From an uncultured virus (IMG/VR IMGVR_UViG_3300043449_002525) (taxonomy: Duplodnaviria > Heunggongvirae > Uroviricota > Caudoviricetes), in the IMG/VR virus record IMGVR_UViG_3300043449_002525: a stretch of 64,000 bases of DNA. One strand, given 5' to 3'. The notes under the pieces were generated by a model that made no database searches, had not been told where the DNA came from, and saw only the letters and a list, made by a program, of their open reading frames with translations. Made by a program: the position numbers and the translations under genes. Below, piece after piece: positions 1 to 10,002 of the stretch; position 1 is the stretch's first letter; each line of letters begins with the position of its first letter.

Positions 1-2
1 CA

Positions 3-614
3 CTGCGTCTGAGAAAAGGCATGCTACCTTACATGGGAATGCGGTCAATCAGAGTCGATGAGCAAGGGCTGTTAGATAAATCAATAGAGATCAACGATCT
101 TGGGCAGGATGTCAAAGCATCAACAACCGCGTATGTGGATACCACAGAACGCTGGACACCCGCACAGATCATCCAGGGAGATCTGGCAGAGAGCTTTCTC
201 AGTGAGCTTGCCACACGGCAAGTGATTGATGAGAAAAATGATGGTCAAATCAGCATTTTTGATCCCAGTGGTATTGAAGTTCCCTTCTCTTCACGTGGTT
301 TCAAGGGAAGCCTCAACGGAGAGAACGAGTATATAGGAACACAATTGCTAGATAGCAAATACCAGCTGCTCGACGGGCTAGATGATTTTCTAGACGGTCA
401 AGAGGAGATTTTAGGAATAACAGTTCCTGCAATCTTGTCCATGAATGACCAGCTTCTAAAGCCCTTCGAAGATCTAAGGCACGACGACACGGATCGATTT
501 GGTATCAATATTTTAAACCAGAATGTAAATCTGTATGATCGATATGCGGCAGGAGGTTTTGTGTATGCAGGCAATGACCGCGACTCAATCGCCTTCGGCG
601 GGCTTAAAGGCTGA
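3..614 (+). CDS. Hypothetical virion structural protein, probably truncated at the window edge
   Basis: Frame is open from nt 3 through ATG 21 to TGA 612-614; first gene of a tightly packed tail/baseplate-like block. Confidence 0.55.
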   Translation: MRLRKGMLPYMGMRSIRVDEQGLLDKSIEINDLGQDVKASTTAYVDTTERWTPAQIIQGDLAESFLSELATRQVIDEKNDGQISIFDPSGIEVPFSSRGFKGSLNGENEYIGTQLLDSKYQLLDGLDDFLDGQEEILGITVPAILSMNDQLLKPFEDLRHDDTDRFGINILNQNVNLYDRYAAGGFVYAGNDRDSIAFGGLKG

Positions 615-616
615 CA

Positions 617-2953
617 ATGTCAACTAAATTTCTTAGAAAAACTGTAAGGCGCATTATAAGAGACAACGACCAGTTCCAAGATGCGTATCCCAAGCTGATT
701 AGATCAACGGACCCACTTGATAACGGTATCGACAGTAACTTAAAGTTTTTAGATAATAGGACAATCGTATTCTCAACAAACAATACGACATTTCCTGCGA
801 TGGTTCCCGCTGGATCAACAACGCTACCTTCTAGTTCAATCAGCGCAAATGTTGCTATTAATGCTGCTGCCGTTGAACAGAGTGTGCAGCTACCAGGCAG
901 CGTGGAGGGGCTTGAGCCTTTCAATGAGAGCCTTTTCAGTATTCCAGGAACAAGTGAATATACAACAACGTCTTCTCTAGCATATGGCTTCACGTCTGCA
1001 GCGCGTAACAAGATTGCGATACCGATTGATATTACACCCACCCAAGAAAAGCTTCTCTGCCGCCTGAGATCGGGAGAAGTAAACACAAATCCTAATAGTG
1101 AGTTTTACGGCAAGCCAAGCACAGGATTTTGCTATTTTAATTTTGATTTAAAGCGCTGGGAAGATATTGGCTTTGGATACTCGCCCGCTTACAACGGACA
1201 TATGGGTAAGTTTTCAGGACACCGATATTTTATGGCACAGTTCCAGGGAACATCAAACCTTGCACACATAACCAACGCATACGGATCCAGTCAAAATGCA
1301 ATGACAGCTGTAGGTTATAAAAATATTGGTTCACCTACAATGTTCTTTGACGCGCCAAACGCTAGAAGGTATTACGCAACGGGTAGTCAGGCATTGTCTC
1401 TGTCAAGCTACATTGATCAACCGTTCATGCTCGAAAGAGTTGATGTAACTTTGCCATTTGTCGCAAGAAGAAAACATCCAGGTCAGCCATTCACATCAAA
1501 TATAAAAGATGGTGCTTATCGAGATGTTGATAACCTTGTATTTTTTCTCTATAGACAGACACAGCCTCCAAGTGATCATCCAGACGGAGCTCAAATCGCA
1601 AGCCAGCGTTTTCTCATCACAAATGGGTCACTTACATTCTATAATAGTAAAGTTAATGAAGCAGTCAGCTTTACAACACATAATCCAGAATTTAGCTATG
1701 ACTATAATATTCCACTAACGTCTATAGTTGCAAGTACTTTTACAGGTTCAGTTACATTCTCAATTTACCCGAAAGACTATCCAGCACAGTTTGGAGGCGT
1801 ATCGTCATTCTCGTCAGACTCGGGTTACAGCGCTACAACTTATCTTGTTGAAACTATGAATTTTTGGCCAGGTAGCGTGCAGAATATTGTAACAGCATCT
1901 GCTGATGCTGATGTTGATAATGCCGGGTTTTATGTCTACAGAACTAGCAACGCACCTGTAGCAGGAGATGATTACGCAGACACAAGATTTAAAGGTTTTG
2001 TCTCAACAGACACACGCCTACTGAAAAGAGTCGAGGGATCTTTAATTCCATCAAGTGGCATTATAAGCAATGTCCTACCACAGACAGGAAGCTCACCTTA
2101 CCTGCTCCTTCCTACAGATCAGTTAATCTTTGGAATTGAGTCAGATGTCTGCACAGTTCTGCCTACGGGATCTTTGACATCACCAAACGGCTATGACGAA
2201 TCGTTTTTAAGCCAAACAGGATCATTCTTCAAGCTTCTTGCAGAGAAAGCGCAAGTTACGCTATTCGGATCACTCATACAGAGTGGTATCTCTAAGACAC
2301 ACAACAGCCTTAACCAAAATTTAATCTCACCTGCAGTGCATGAGTTTGTTGCAAATATACAAGATGATAGTGACCAGTTTGACGTGGCCGAGAAGAAAAC
2401 TTTCTACGGTAATTACATTGATAACTACGTTGCGGGTTCGATATTAGATGGCACGCGTCGTGTTTATGCTAGCTTGACAAATGACCCACCTTTTCTATCG
2501 GGATCATTTACACGTCAAGTTATGTTAGTAGATGAAGAGAAGTCTTATTACCAAGTAGGACCAAGAACAGTAACACTTGGAATTCCACCTTTCGCGTTTT
2601 CTTTTGTTGTTCCTTACAGCGGCCTCACGAAACCAAAGAATTATTTTAGATACGATCGTTATGGAAATCTTAGAGACATGCTTGAGCAAGCACGGGATTA
2701 TAGGATATTCAACAAAACCATCTACAAAAAAAGTGGAGGATTTGAAGAACAAGGGCCCGCATACGCCAAGTTCGTCTTGTCATCATCTGATATACCTGTG
2801 TCAGCATCACTAACCCAGTGCAATAACCTTAGCCCGTACATGACGGGAACATTTCCATTTGCTGATGATGTTGGAACGTCAACTTCACGCGGCCCGTACA
2901 CAACAACGCAGAATAATCCCTTCACACCGATCACCAACATTTTCAAGACATGA
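617..2953 (+). CDS. Putative tail/baseplate structural protein (778 aa)
   Basis: Long S/T/G/aromatic-rich ORF, 2 nt after the previous stop; structural context; no recognisable enzyme motif. Confidence 0.55.
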   Translation: MSTKFLRKTVRRIIRDNDQFQDAYPKLIRSTDPLDNGIDSNLKFLDNRTIVFSTNNTTFPAMVPAGSTTLPSSSISANVAINAAAVEQSVQLPGSVEGLEPFNESLFSIPGTSEYTTTSSLAYGFTSAARNKIAIPIDITPTQEKLLCRLRSGEVNTNPNSEFYGKPSTGFCYFNFDLKRWEDIGFGYSPAYNGHMGKFSGHRYFMAQFQGTSNLAHITNAYGSSQNAMTAVGYKNIGSPTMFFDAPNARRYYATGSQALSLSSYIDQPFMLERVDVTLPFVARRKHPGQPFTSNIKDGAYRDVDNLVFFLYRQTQPPSDHPDGAQIASQRFLITNGSLTFYNSKVNEAVSFTTHNPEFSYDYNIPLTSIVASTFTGSVTFSIYPKDYPAQFGGVSSFSSDSGYSATTYLVETMNFWPGSVQNIVTASADADVDNAGFYVYRTSNAPVAGDDYADTRFKGFVSTDTRLLKRVEGSLIPSSGIISNVLPQTGSSPYLLLPTDQLIFGIESDVCTVLPTGSLTSPNGYDESFLSQTGSFFKLLAEKAQVTLFGSLIQSGISKTHNSLNQNLISPAVHEFVANIQDDSDQFDVAEKKTFYGNYIDNYVAGSILDGTRRVYASLTNDPPFLSGSFTRQVMLVDEEKSYYQVGPRTVTLGIPPFAFSFVVPYSGLTKPKNYFRYDRYGNLRDMLEQARDYRIFNKTIYKKSGGFEEQGPAYAKFVLSSSDIPVSASLTQCNNLSPYMTGTFPFADDVGTSTSRGPYTTTQNNPFTPITNIFKT

Positions 2954-2977
2954 TGACACTGTTATAATTAGAATAGC

Positions 2978-3991
2978 ATGTCTGGTATTCTCGATTCAAA
3001 AACACGCATCATGGACATCGTTCTCACTGTTGAGGGCCGTCGCCAGCTCGCTGCAGGAAAATTTGTCCCACAGTTCGCATCTTTTACAGATCGACATGTT
3101 TTCTACGCAAAAGATGCTGTGAGTGGATCAGATGATGCATCTGCATACATCTACTTTGAAGCAGGCAATCGTGTCCAGGATCAGATCGTCATCGAGAACG
3201 ACGACAGCGGCTTGCTGGTTCCTTATGACGGTAGTACGACAAGAGTTTCGTCTGATGGTCGAGTTTACTCCGCATCTATCAATACGCTGACATCACCGGG
3301 TGGAGTGGGAACTTACAATCGCGTTAACTATGCACCTGTGACCAGCTCATTTGCATCCATGTTTGAGCTGGTCAGCGGATCCATCCTTGACAGTCTGACT
3401 GAGCAGCAACTCATCCAGACTTCACTACCCTACGAGATCTACAGTCAATTCAAGCTGACGACAGGATCTATTACTTTTCGAAGAAACAATTTTATCCCAT
3501 TTCGTGGAACGCAGCCTGTAGGTCAGATTGGATCACTTGATCCTTTCATGATTGACCGGCAACTCTCTCATCTAGATAATTTTCAGTTTTTAGCTCCTGT
3601 CTACGTAGATGATACTGACATCCAGCAAAATTTGGGCACGTACCTGCCAATCTCTGAAGTAGAACCACTGACTTATGATGAGCTGATGCGCAATCTTGTC
3701 GGATCAGATCCTCAAGTTTCTCTCAAGGAGAAGATAACTGTTGACTTTGCTGAGACATCGCTTGCGAGCAACGTCTTCATGCAGATCTTTGAAGGCTCAA
3801 CAACAGATAGCACAGGTGTTGAGATGCTCAAGAAACTTGACTGCATTGACTTTGGTGAGTTTAAAGATGAGAATGACAGGCAGCGCCCGTTCAAGCGCGT
3901 ATTTTTCGTCGGCAAGGTTTATGCTGCTGACAGTGAGGATAACTTTCAGGCACCTGCTTTCGTCAATCTCTTTACAATCGTGGCGGAGTAA
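2978..3991 (+). CDS. Putative baseplate/fibre-attachment protein; N-terminal paralogue of 11869..12573
   Basis: N-terminus MSGILDSKTRIMDIVLTVEGRRQLAAG matches MGFLNQTTNNIIVDAVLTDLGRQFLAR; ATAATTA motif upstream. Confidence 0.55.
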   Translation: MSGILDSKTRIMDIVLTVEGRRQLAAGKFVPQFASFTDRHVFYAKDAVSGSDDASAYIYFEAGNRVQDQIVIENDDSGLLVPYDGSTTRVSSDGRVYSASINTLTSPGGVGTYNRVNYAPVTSSFASMFELVSGSILDSLTEQQLIQTSLPYEIYSQFKLTTGSITFRRNNFIPFRGTQPVGQIGSLDPFMIDRQLSHLDNFQFLAPVYVDDTDIQQNLGTYLPISEVEPLTYDELMRNLVGSDPQVSLKEKITVDFAETSLASNVFMQIFEGSTTDSTGVEMLKKLDCIDFGEFKDENDRQRPFKRVFFVGKVYAADSEDNFQAPAFVNLFTIVAE

Positions 3992-6409
3992 ATGAACACA
4001 GTCAACAGCGATCTGATCACGATCATCAAAGATCTCCCACAGTCAAGCATTGACCTCAAAACTGTGACCGTTGACGATAGACAGTTCTATGAGTACACAG
4101 TCAGCTTCTTGGTCGACCAAATTGCAGCTTATGCTGCAAATGTTAGGACGATGCGTGTTGATATTGCTTACAAGCGTGTGGGCAAGACATTTGCTCTTCT
4201 TGGTGGAAGAACTTTCACAACAACGAGCGATATCAACAACCAGATCCTCAGCGGCAAGAGGATCCGAAGAGATTTCGTCAATGATCGCGATAAAGAGCAG
4301 CTAGATAACACTATCACGACCCGACGAGCAGACATTTTCTCGCGCTCAAGGAAAGTGAGTCGTTTTCGTCTGCAAGGTTCAAGATTTGTTGATCTTGCAG
4401 TCATTGAGAGCACATTTGAGCCTGTTGCAGGCTTGCCCTCTAGTCAAGTATCAAAGATCATCGCATCTGATCTTATCAAGAACACACCACCCGAGGCTAC
4501 GTCGTCCAGCGGCGTCAACGTGTACTCAAATCTAACTTTGTCAGGCAGAGATCCTGCAAAGCAGATTGTGGGTGCAAGCCTAGTTGAAGATGCTGAGATT
4601 GCTCGCAAGGGAATGGGTGCAGCACAACAGCAGCAGCGCACCATCGGGGGTGTGTTCACAACAACTACACTCCAGGGCAACAGGAACAACCTCCTTCCTG
4701 CAACTTTAACAGCACAGAAGCGTCAGAAAGTATCAACAGACGTGCTGCTACCGCACACATTTCGAATCCCAGCATCTTTGACACCACCTAGCGGTAAATT
4801 TACCATCATATGCACAATCAGGAAGGCAAATGGTGACCTTATCCAGAAGATTGACTTTACAATTAATCATGCGCGCCAGCTCATCAAAAATAGCGTGCCA
4901 AGTCAGCTTCCAGCAGTCGGCGTCCAATTTGTGTCTAAGACGACAGCGCAAGTCAATGTCTTCAACAAAGATCCTCGAGTGACTGGGATTAGGATCTACA
5001 ATCGAGACGTTCCCACCTATCAGACTGTGGACCAGCAAGCACCATTCAAGGTCGTTGGAACACTTCCAGCAGATTGGCGCCAGCAGGCAATCACAAGAAA
5101 GTTACCGATCAAGTCAACAACAAATAAGATCATTCGTGCTGTGCCTGTGCTTACATCTGGCATTGTGCTAGGCAATTTTGAGAGTAAAACGCTGTCTGTG
5201 AGAGATGAACTTGTCGCGGGTACAGTTGTCGCAACTGCGAACAAAGGAAATGTGACCATTGAGCTGTTCGGTGCTCCTGCAAATTACAAGTACGTCCAGT
5301 TTGTGCGTCGATCTATCGACAAGAAACAGAAGCAATGGGATAACATACAGACACCACTAAAGATAGGTGCCGGGATCGCTACAATTGAAGATTTGACAGT
5401 CAACACTGAGCGTACGTATGAGTATGCAGCCTTCCTGCAGGACACTTACGGCAATATTAAGCGTGCAAGAACGACATCCGTGGTTAGAGTTACTGACTAC
5501 ACATCAGGCACGGAAATTAGTGTTACGCAGAAGAGTGTAAATGTCAGCGGCGCGAGCACCACAACAACATTCAGTGTGTCTGTTACACTTACTAAGGATA
5601 GTGATACAACAGCAATCCTAAACGCGACGAAAGAGCAGGGAATTGATAACTACTTTGAAGAAGAGACGTTAAAGTTGTCGGGCGATCTGTCTTCCATCAC
5701 AAAGGTGAATGTTAGAAGGGTATCGCTCGACACAGGTGAGATCAAAGATCTGGGTGTTGTGACACCTGGAGATTTTACTGATACAGCGACTGAGAATGTC
5801 GTCTACATCTTTGAGGGCCTCCTGCGAGGCCAAGCTGATCTCTTTGAAGAGATAGGTGCAGACAAGACATCGCCCCGTGTTTTCAATCCGAGAGATGCTC
5901 TCCAACGAAGTCAAATTGTGTCGTCAAACTTGACGTCAAAACCGCAACTTTCAAAAGTTAACTTCACACAGAAGTTCCTATCCAAGAAGGCTACACTGCG
6001 GGGAACTTTATCGTATGGCAACACAAAAGTTACCGATGTCGACACATCAGGTTTCTTGCAAGGGCGTCTAGGTATCACGGATACATTTGCCGTAAATCGA
6101 ACAGGTGGATCGACAAATATCAATAACTTTGAACTCGTCACAGTCGATGAAGGCCGCCGCCTCATATCATTCGATGTAATCAGCACAACTGCACAAAAAG
6201 TCATCGACTTCTTTATCATCTCAACGATCAAGGGCGGCGTGAGATCTATCGTTGGAACATGTCACTACGTTGACGATAGTGTACGACAAAATTTCCTTGA
6301 TGACAAGACGAGGTTGAGGACGGGACAGATTGCATATGTCATCACTCCTGTTAAGTACGATGGAACAACGCTAAATGAGACAACAACGCGTCAATTCGAG
6401 GTGGTGTGA
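3992..6409 (+). CDS. Putative structural protein, possibly with Ig/FN3-like domains (805 aa)
   Basis: Abuts previous stop; beta-rich composition; FN3-like segment IEDLTVNTERTYEYAAF. Confidence 0.5.
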   Translation: MNTVNSDLITIIKDLPQSSIDLKTVTVDDRQFYEYTVSFLVDQIAAYAANVRTMRVDIAYKRVGKTFALLGGRTFTTTSDINNQILSGKRIRRDFVNDRDKEQLDNTITTRRADIFSRSRKVSRFRLQGSRFVDLAVIESTFEPVAGLPSSQVSKIIASDLIKNTPPEATSSSGVNVYSNLTLSGRDPAKQIVGASLVEDAEIARKGMGAAQQQQRTIGGVFTTTTLQGNRNNLLPATLTAQKRQKVSTDVLLPHTFRIPASLTPPSGKFTIICTIRKANGDLIQKIDFTINHARQLIKNSVPSQLPAVGVQFVSKTTAQVNVFNKDPRVTGIRIYNRDVPTYQTVDQQAPFKVVGTLPADWRQQAITRKLPIKSTTNKIIRAVPVLTSGIVLGNFESKTLSVRDELVAGTVVATANKGNVTIELFGAPANYKYVQFVRRSIDKKQKQWDNIQTPLKIGAGIATIEDLTVNTERTYEYAAFLQDTYGNIKRARTTSVVRVTDYTSGTEISVTQKSVNVSGASTTTTFSVSVTLTKDSDTTAILNATKEQGIDNYFEEETLKLSGDLSSITKVNVRRVSLDTGEIKDLGVVTPGDFTDTATENVVYIFEGLLRGQADLFEEIGADKTSPRVFNPRDALQRSQIVSSNLTSKPQLSKVNFTQKFLSKKATLRGTLSYGNTKVTDVDTSGFLQGRLGITDTFAVNRTGGSTNINNFELVTVDEGRRLISFDVISTTAQKVIDFFIISTIKGGVRSIVGTCHYVDDSVRQNFLDDKTRLRTGQIAYVITPVKYDGTTLNETTTRQFEVV

Positions 6410-9400
6410 TGGCTTATAGGTTTAGTAATGCCTTAGCTAGCTTGCAGGTTCAAGCACGGCGTAATACAACAACAACAGATGAAGCAACAAATGCATTTTC
6501 TGATGCACAATCAGCAAGAGAAGAAGCAGGCAGCAGAGGAACAACAGCAGAAGACATTACAGCTCGATTGGCGCAGCGAGGGCCGAGTTTTAGGTCAAGG
6601 TCAACAACAGGCGCAGTGCGAGGCAGCGTGCAGCAGCGCCAGAACTATGGAAGCATGCTACAGCAAATGCTTGAAGACGATCAAGATTATAACTTGCTAG
6701 ATGCTTCATCACGTGATGTTTACCTCACTGCTTCACATGGATTAACGTCACAGTACCCAGCAATTCTACTGACGACACCTAGAGCGGCTAAAGTTGTAGA
6801 TGTAGGCTCTGGATTAACAACAACACCGTTCATTATTGATCTCAATAATGAAGTCAAGAAGACAGTTGAGAGTGACGTCAAAGTGGCTCTCGATCAAAAC
6901 ACGGCATTACTGCAGCTTACAACTACCCAATATGATCAGAGTGTGCAGATTGCAAGGCAATATTCAGATCTATGCTTACAAACTGCAATTTCGAAAGACA
7001 AGCTGATCAGGCTTCTAAATATTGCAAATGTTGACACAAATCAGAATTCTTATTTTAGATCGTTTAATTTAATTGGAGAACGTTACGACTATCTAAGAAG
7101 TGTAAGCAGTATTACAGATTATTTGAAGAACATAAATGAAGATTACAACATCAATGTGTTTAAAGTTGGTACAAATACACAATCAATTGCTCAAATACTT
7201 AAGACAGTATATTTTTATTTCTTATTTGGCGAGCTGGCTTTCACTGAAAATTATCCTTTAAATGGGCCCTATGCAGCTGCTAAAGAAGGAATAATAGACG
7301 GGTACTTGAGTGAATTTTATGTTAACCAGATTAGAAATCTTAGAAAAATTGTACCTGAAATCGTGTCAATTAATGACGCAAACGTTAGATCAGTTCAGCT
7401 GCATGATAACGGCAGCCCAATATTTGGATTTGAACCATTCAAGAATGCAGACAAAATTACAAGCCTTGTTCGCCTAATTCAGAGAGATTTAACAATTCAT
7501 GGTTTAAGAAACGAGCAATTTGAAATAACGGGAAGTACAACAGACGTTACAGCTCTAGATATACTGGGAAATTACACATCGCTGTACACACAGATCAAGG
7601 ATTATGAGAGCGCAACTTCTGAAGATCGTGATGTTGTGTCAATTGGATATAGAAATATTAATGAGATCTTAGAGTCATCTGATGCCGTAGTAGGTTTTCG
7701 GTCAGAAACAAGAGCCTCGTCATCACAGAGATTTCGTGATGCTCTCGTTACCGTCGACTCGGGTGGAATTGGATATGGTAAATTTGATGTTGTCAAAGGT
7801 ATTGATTACTTAATCTACGACGATCTTTCAAGATCAAACTCATCACTAGAATTTTCTAATCTCTTGAATTCATCAGAACAGTATGATCTTTACGCAAGAC
7901 AGATCAACGATCTTGTTTTTAACACGATAGTGCAGAACCAGAGCGCAATTGTTGATAAGATAAAAGATTACTTTTTAAGTTTTATACGAGGATCTGGGAT
8001 CAATACAGATGAAATAAGCAGCAGTGGAAGTGCATTCAGAATTGCATGCTTTGTCATGGCTGCAAATGATGATAAAACCATGACGCGCCTTTTTAGGCTG
8101 ATATGTGCACTTGATAAGAAGATAAACGATGATGATTTAAATCAAGAAGAAATAAATGCAGCGTGCCTAAAATTGTCTGATGATATTTTTGGTAAAAGAA
8201 GCGCTGAAACTGGTGACGGAAATGTCACAATTCTAGGTGCACAAGCAGAGAGTGTTATACTAAGCGTAGATGACGCAGCGTTCTCTTACATGCAAGATGA
8301 TGACTCGTCATTTCAAACATTTCACAATGTTGTTAGAGAAGCAGAAAGAGTTTTGATTGATGACATAGGAAACTTTCAAAGGTTTTTTGATGCAAGGACA
8401 TCTTTTGGTTTGACACTTACTAGAGATGCACGTGCATTTGTCATTTTAAATCTCTTCTTAAGCATCTTTAGAGAGATGAATATAACTGTTGATTACTTAC
8501 CCGACGATCAAAAAATGACTGTCAAGTACTATCCAGATCAATTTAAAGCACTAAAACTTTCTATAGAGAATGCTGAACTATCACCTTCTGACTTAGATAC
8601 AACTATCAATCAATATCTGGCAAATTCAACTGATTTTGTCAATAGCAATAGAGTTCAAAAATTCAAGGATAGTGTCCGGTACTTACAGAGCACCTACTTT
8701 AATTCAATAGTTCAAAAGATCAACCAGCAAAATCAAGTTTGTCTCGATCTAGTAAATCTTTTGGTCAATCACGCGCAACAGATCAAAAATCAGGCTCAAG
8801 ATTTCAAGACAAAAGTTGAAAATGTTGCGCGCCTGCAACGATCTAATCAGCTCCAGAGCACTGAGTCGCTTCTCAACGCTATTCAATCAGAGCAAGCTTT
8901 TCTTAAGAGAAATATTGTTGATCGATACACAAACCTCTTACGAGGCGCAGCTTATCTTCCAACTGCGATAGATCACAATGTGGGTCAAGCATTGAATACA
9001 AAGACAGCGGTCGCAACTCATCCAGATTTGAACGACCCAATTAGCGACATAGTAACTAGACAGTTCCTGGTAGCTGTTGGGTTGCCAACGGGCCTAATGG
9101 AGGCACTAAGATATCAAAATACTGTGTCAACATCAGAGCACCTTTATAGCATTGATCTAGTATTTAAGAACCTCCAGGTTACACAGGAAGAAGAAGATAC
9201 ACGTACACTTGAGTCGTTTGTGACAAAAGGGTACACATTTTCAACACGTGTCTTTATTAATGAGGGCGCGCAGCAAACAGGTGGAGCTGACACTAGAGCA
9301 AGTGAACTAAAAAATTACAGTCAGATTTATGGTGCTACAAAGTACAAAATTATTGATGATGCAGGAAACTATCGTGATATTTCAATTACTGACCTTGAGA

Positions 9401-10002
9401 GCATCCTGGGAGATAGTAAAATTGTCAATAACCATCTCATGAGCCATTATGCAAAGCTATTGTTGAAGACGACGGCAGGTATAACACTTGATGAGGAGGT
9501 TTTTGATCTCATCCCACAAGGTAGACGCTACCCAGATGCTGCACAGGATGCTAATTACACGACAATAGTTGATCGAATTGCAGTCAACTATCCAGATACA
9601 CCGGAAGGCCAGCTCAACAAGGAGCGTGTACTTCGCGATCTATCGAGGTCAATACAGCTTGCACCCGATCAGCACAAGACATCAATGATGGTGTCAAAGA
9701 CGTTTGAAAGGATACATGTGATACCTGTCGACGTCAGCGAAGTTATTGAGCAACTCCAGATCAGCAGAGAAGACATTGCATTTTTAGATGTCGTTGCCAA
9801 GGTTCGTCTTGAAGCAAGTCAGCCACCCGTCTCATTTGAGGCAGCAACAACACGTAGAAGCTACTCAAATGCGCTCCAGAATGCTTTGACAACATTTGTG
9901 GAAACAGACGTTAGGTCACAAGGAATTGATAGTGTAGGAATAAATGCTGTCGTAGAGACAAGCAATCGATTTGGTGGACGCCTAGGAGGCAATAACAGAT
10001 GA
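6406..10002 (+). CDS. Large hypothetical protein, probably virion-associated (1198 aa)
   Basis: 3.6-kb ORF overlapping both neighbours (GTGA/TGATG at start, ATGA at end); no recognisable motif. Confidence 0.5.
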   Translation: MMAYRFSNALASLQVQARRNTTTTDEATNAFSDAQSAREEAGSRGTTAEDITARLAQRGPSFRSRSTTGAVRGSVQQRQNYGSMLQQMLEDDQDYNLLDASSRDVYLTASHGLTSQYPAILLTTPRAAKVVDVGSGLTTTPFIIDLNNEVKKTVESDVKVALDQNTALLQLTTTQYDQSVQIARQYSDLCLQTAISKDKLIRLLNIANVDTNQNSYFRSFNLIGERYDYLRSVSSITDYLKNINEDYNINVFKVGTNTQSIAQILKTVYFYFLFGELAFTENYPLNGPYAAAKEGIIDGYLSEFYVNQIRNLRKIVPEIVSINDANVRSVQLHDNGSPIFGFEPFKNADKITSLVRLIQRDLTIHGLRNEQFEITGSTTDVTALDILGNYTSLYTQIKDYESATSEDRDVVSIGYRNINEILESSDAVVGFRSETRASSSQRFRDALVTVDSGGIGYGKFDVVKGIDYLIYDDLSRSNSSLEFSNLLNSSEQYDLYARQINDLVFNTIVQNQSAIVDKIKDYFLSFIRGSGINTDEISSSGSAFRIACFVMAANDDKTMTRLFRLICALDKKINDDDLNQEEINAACLKLSDDIFGKRSAETGDGNVTILGAQAESVILSVDDAAFSYMQDDDSSFQTFHNVVREAERVLIDDIGNFQRFFDARTSFGLTLTRDARAFVILNLFLSIFREMNITVDYLPDDQKMTVKYYPDQFKALKLSIENAELSPSDLDTTINQYLANSTDFVNSNRVQKFKDSVRYLQSTYFNSIVQKINQQNQVCLDLVNLLVNHAQQIKNQAQDFKTKVENVARLQRSNQLQSTESLLNAIQSEQAFLKRNIVDRYTNLLRGAAYLPTAIDHNVGQALNTKTAVATHPDLNDPISDIVTRQFLVAVGLPTGLMEALRYQNTVSTSEHLYSIDLVFKNLQVTQEEEDTRTLESFVTKGYTFSTRVFINEGAQQTGGADTRASELKNYSQIYGATKYKIIDDAGNYRDISITDLESILGDSKIVNNHLMSHYAKLLLKTTAGITLDEEVFDLIPQGRRYPDAAQDANYTTIVDRIAVNYPDTPEGQLNKERVLRDLSRSIQLAPDQHKTSMMVSKTFERIHVIPVDVSEVIEQLQISREDIAFLDVVAKVRLEASQPPVSFEAATTRRSYSNALQNALTTFVETDVRSQGIDSVGINAVVETSNRFGGRLGGNNR

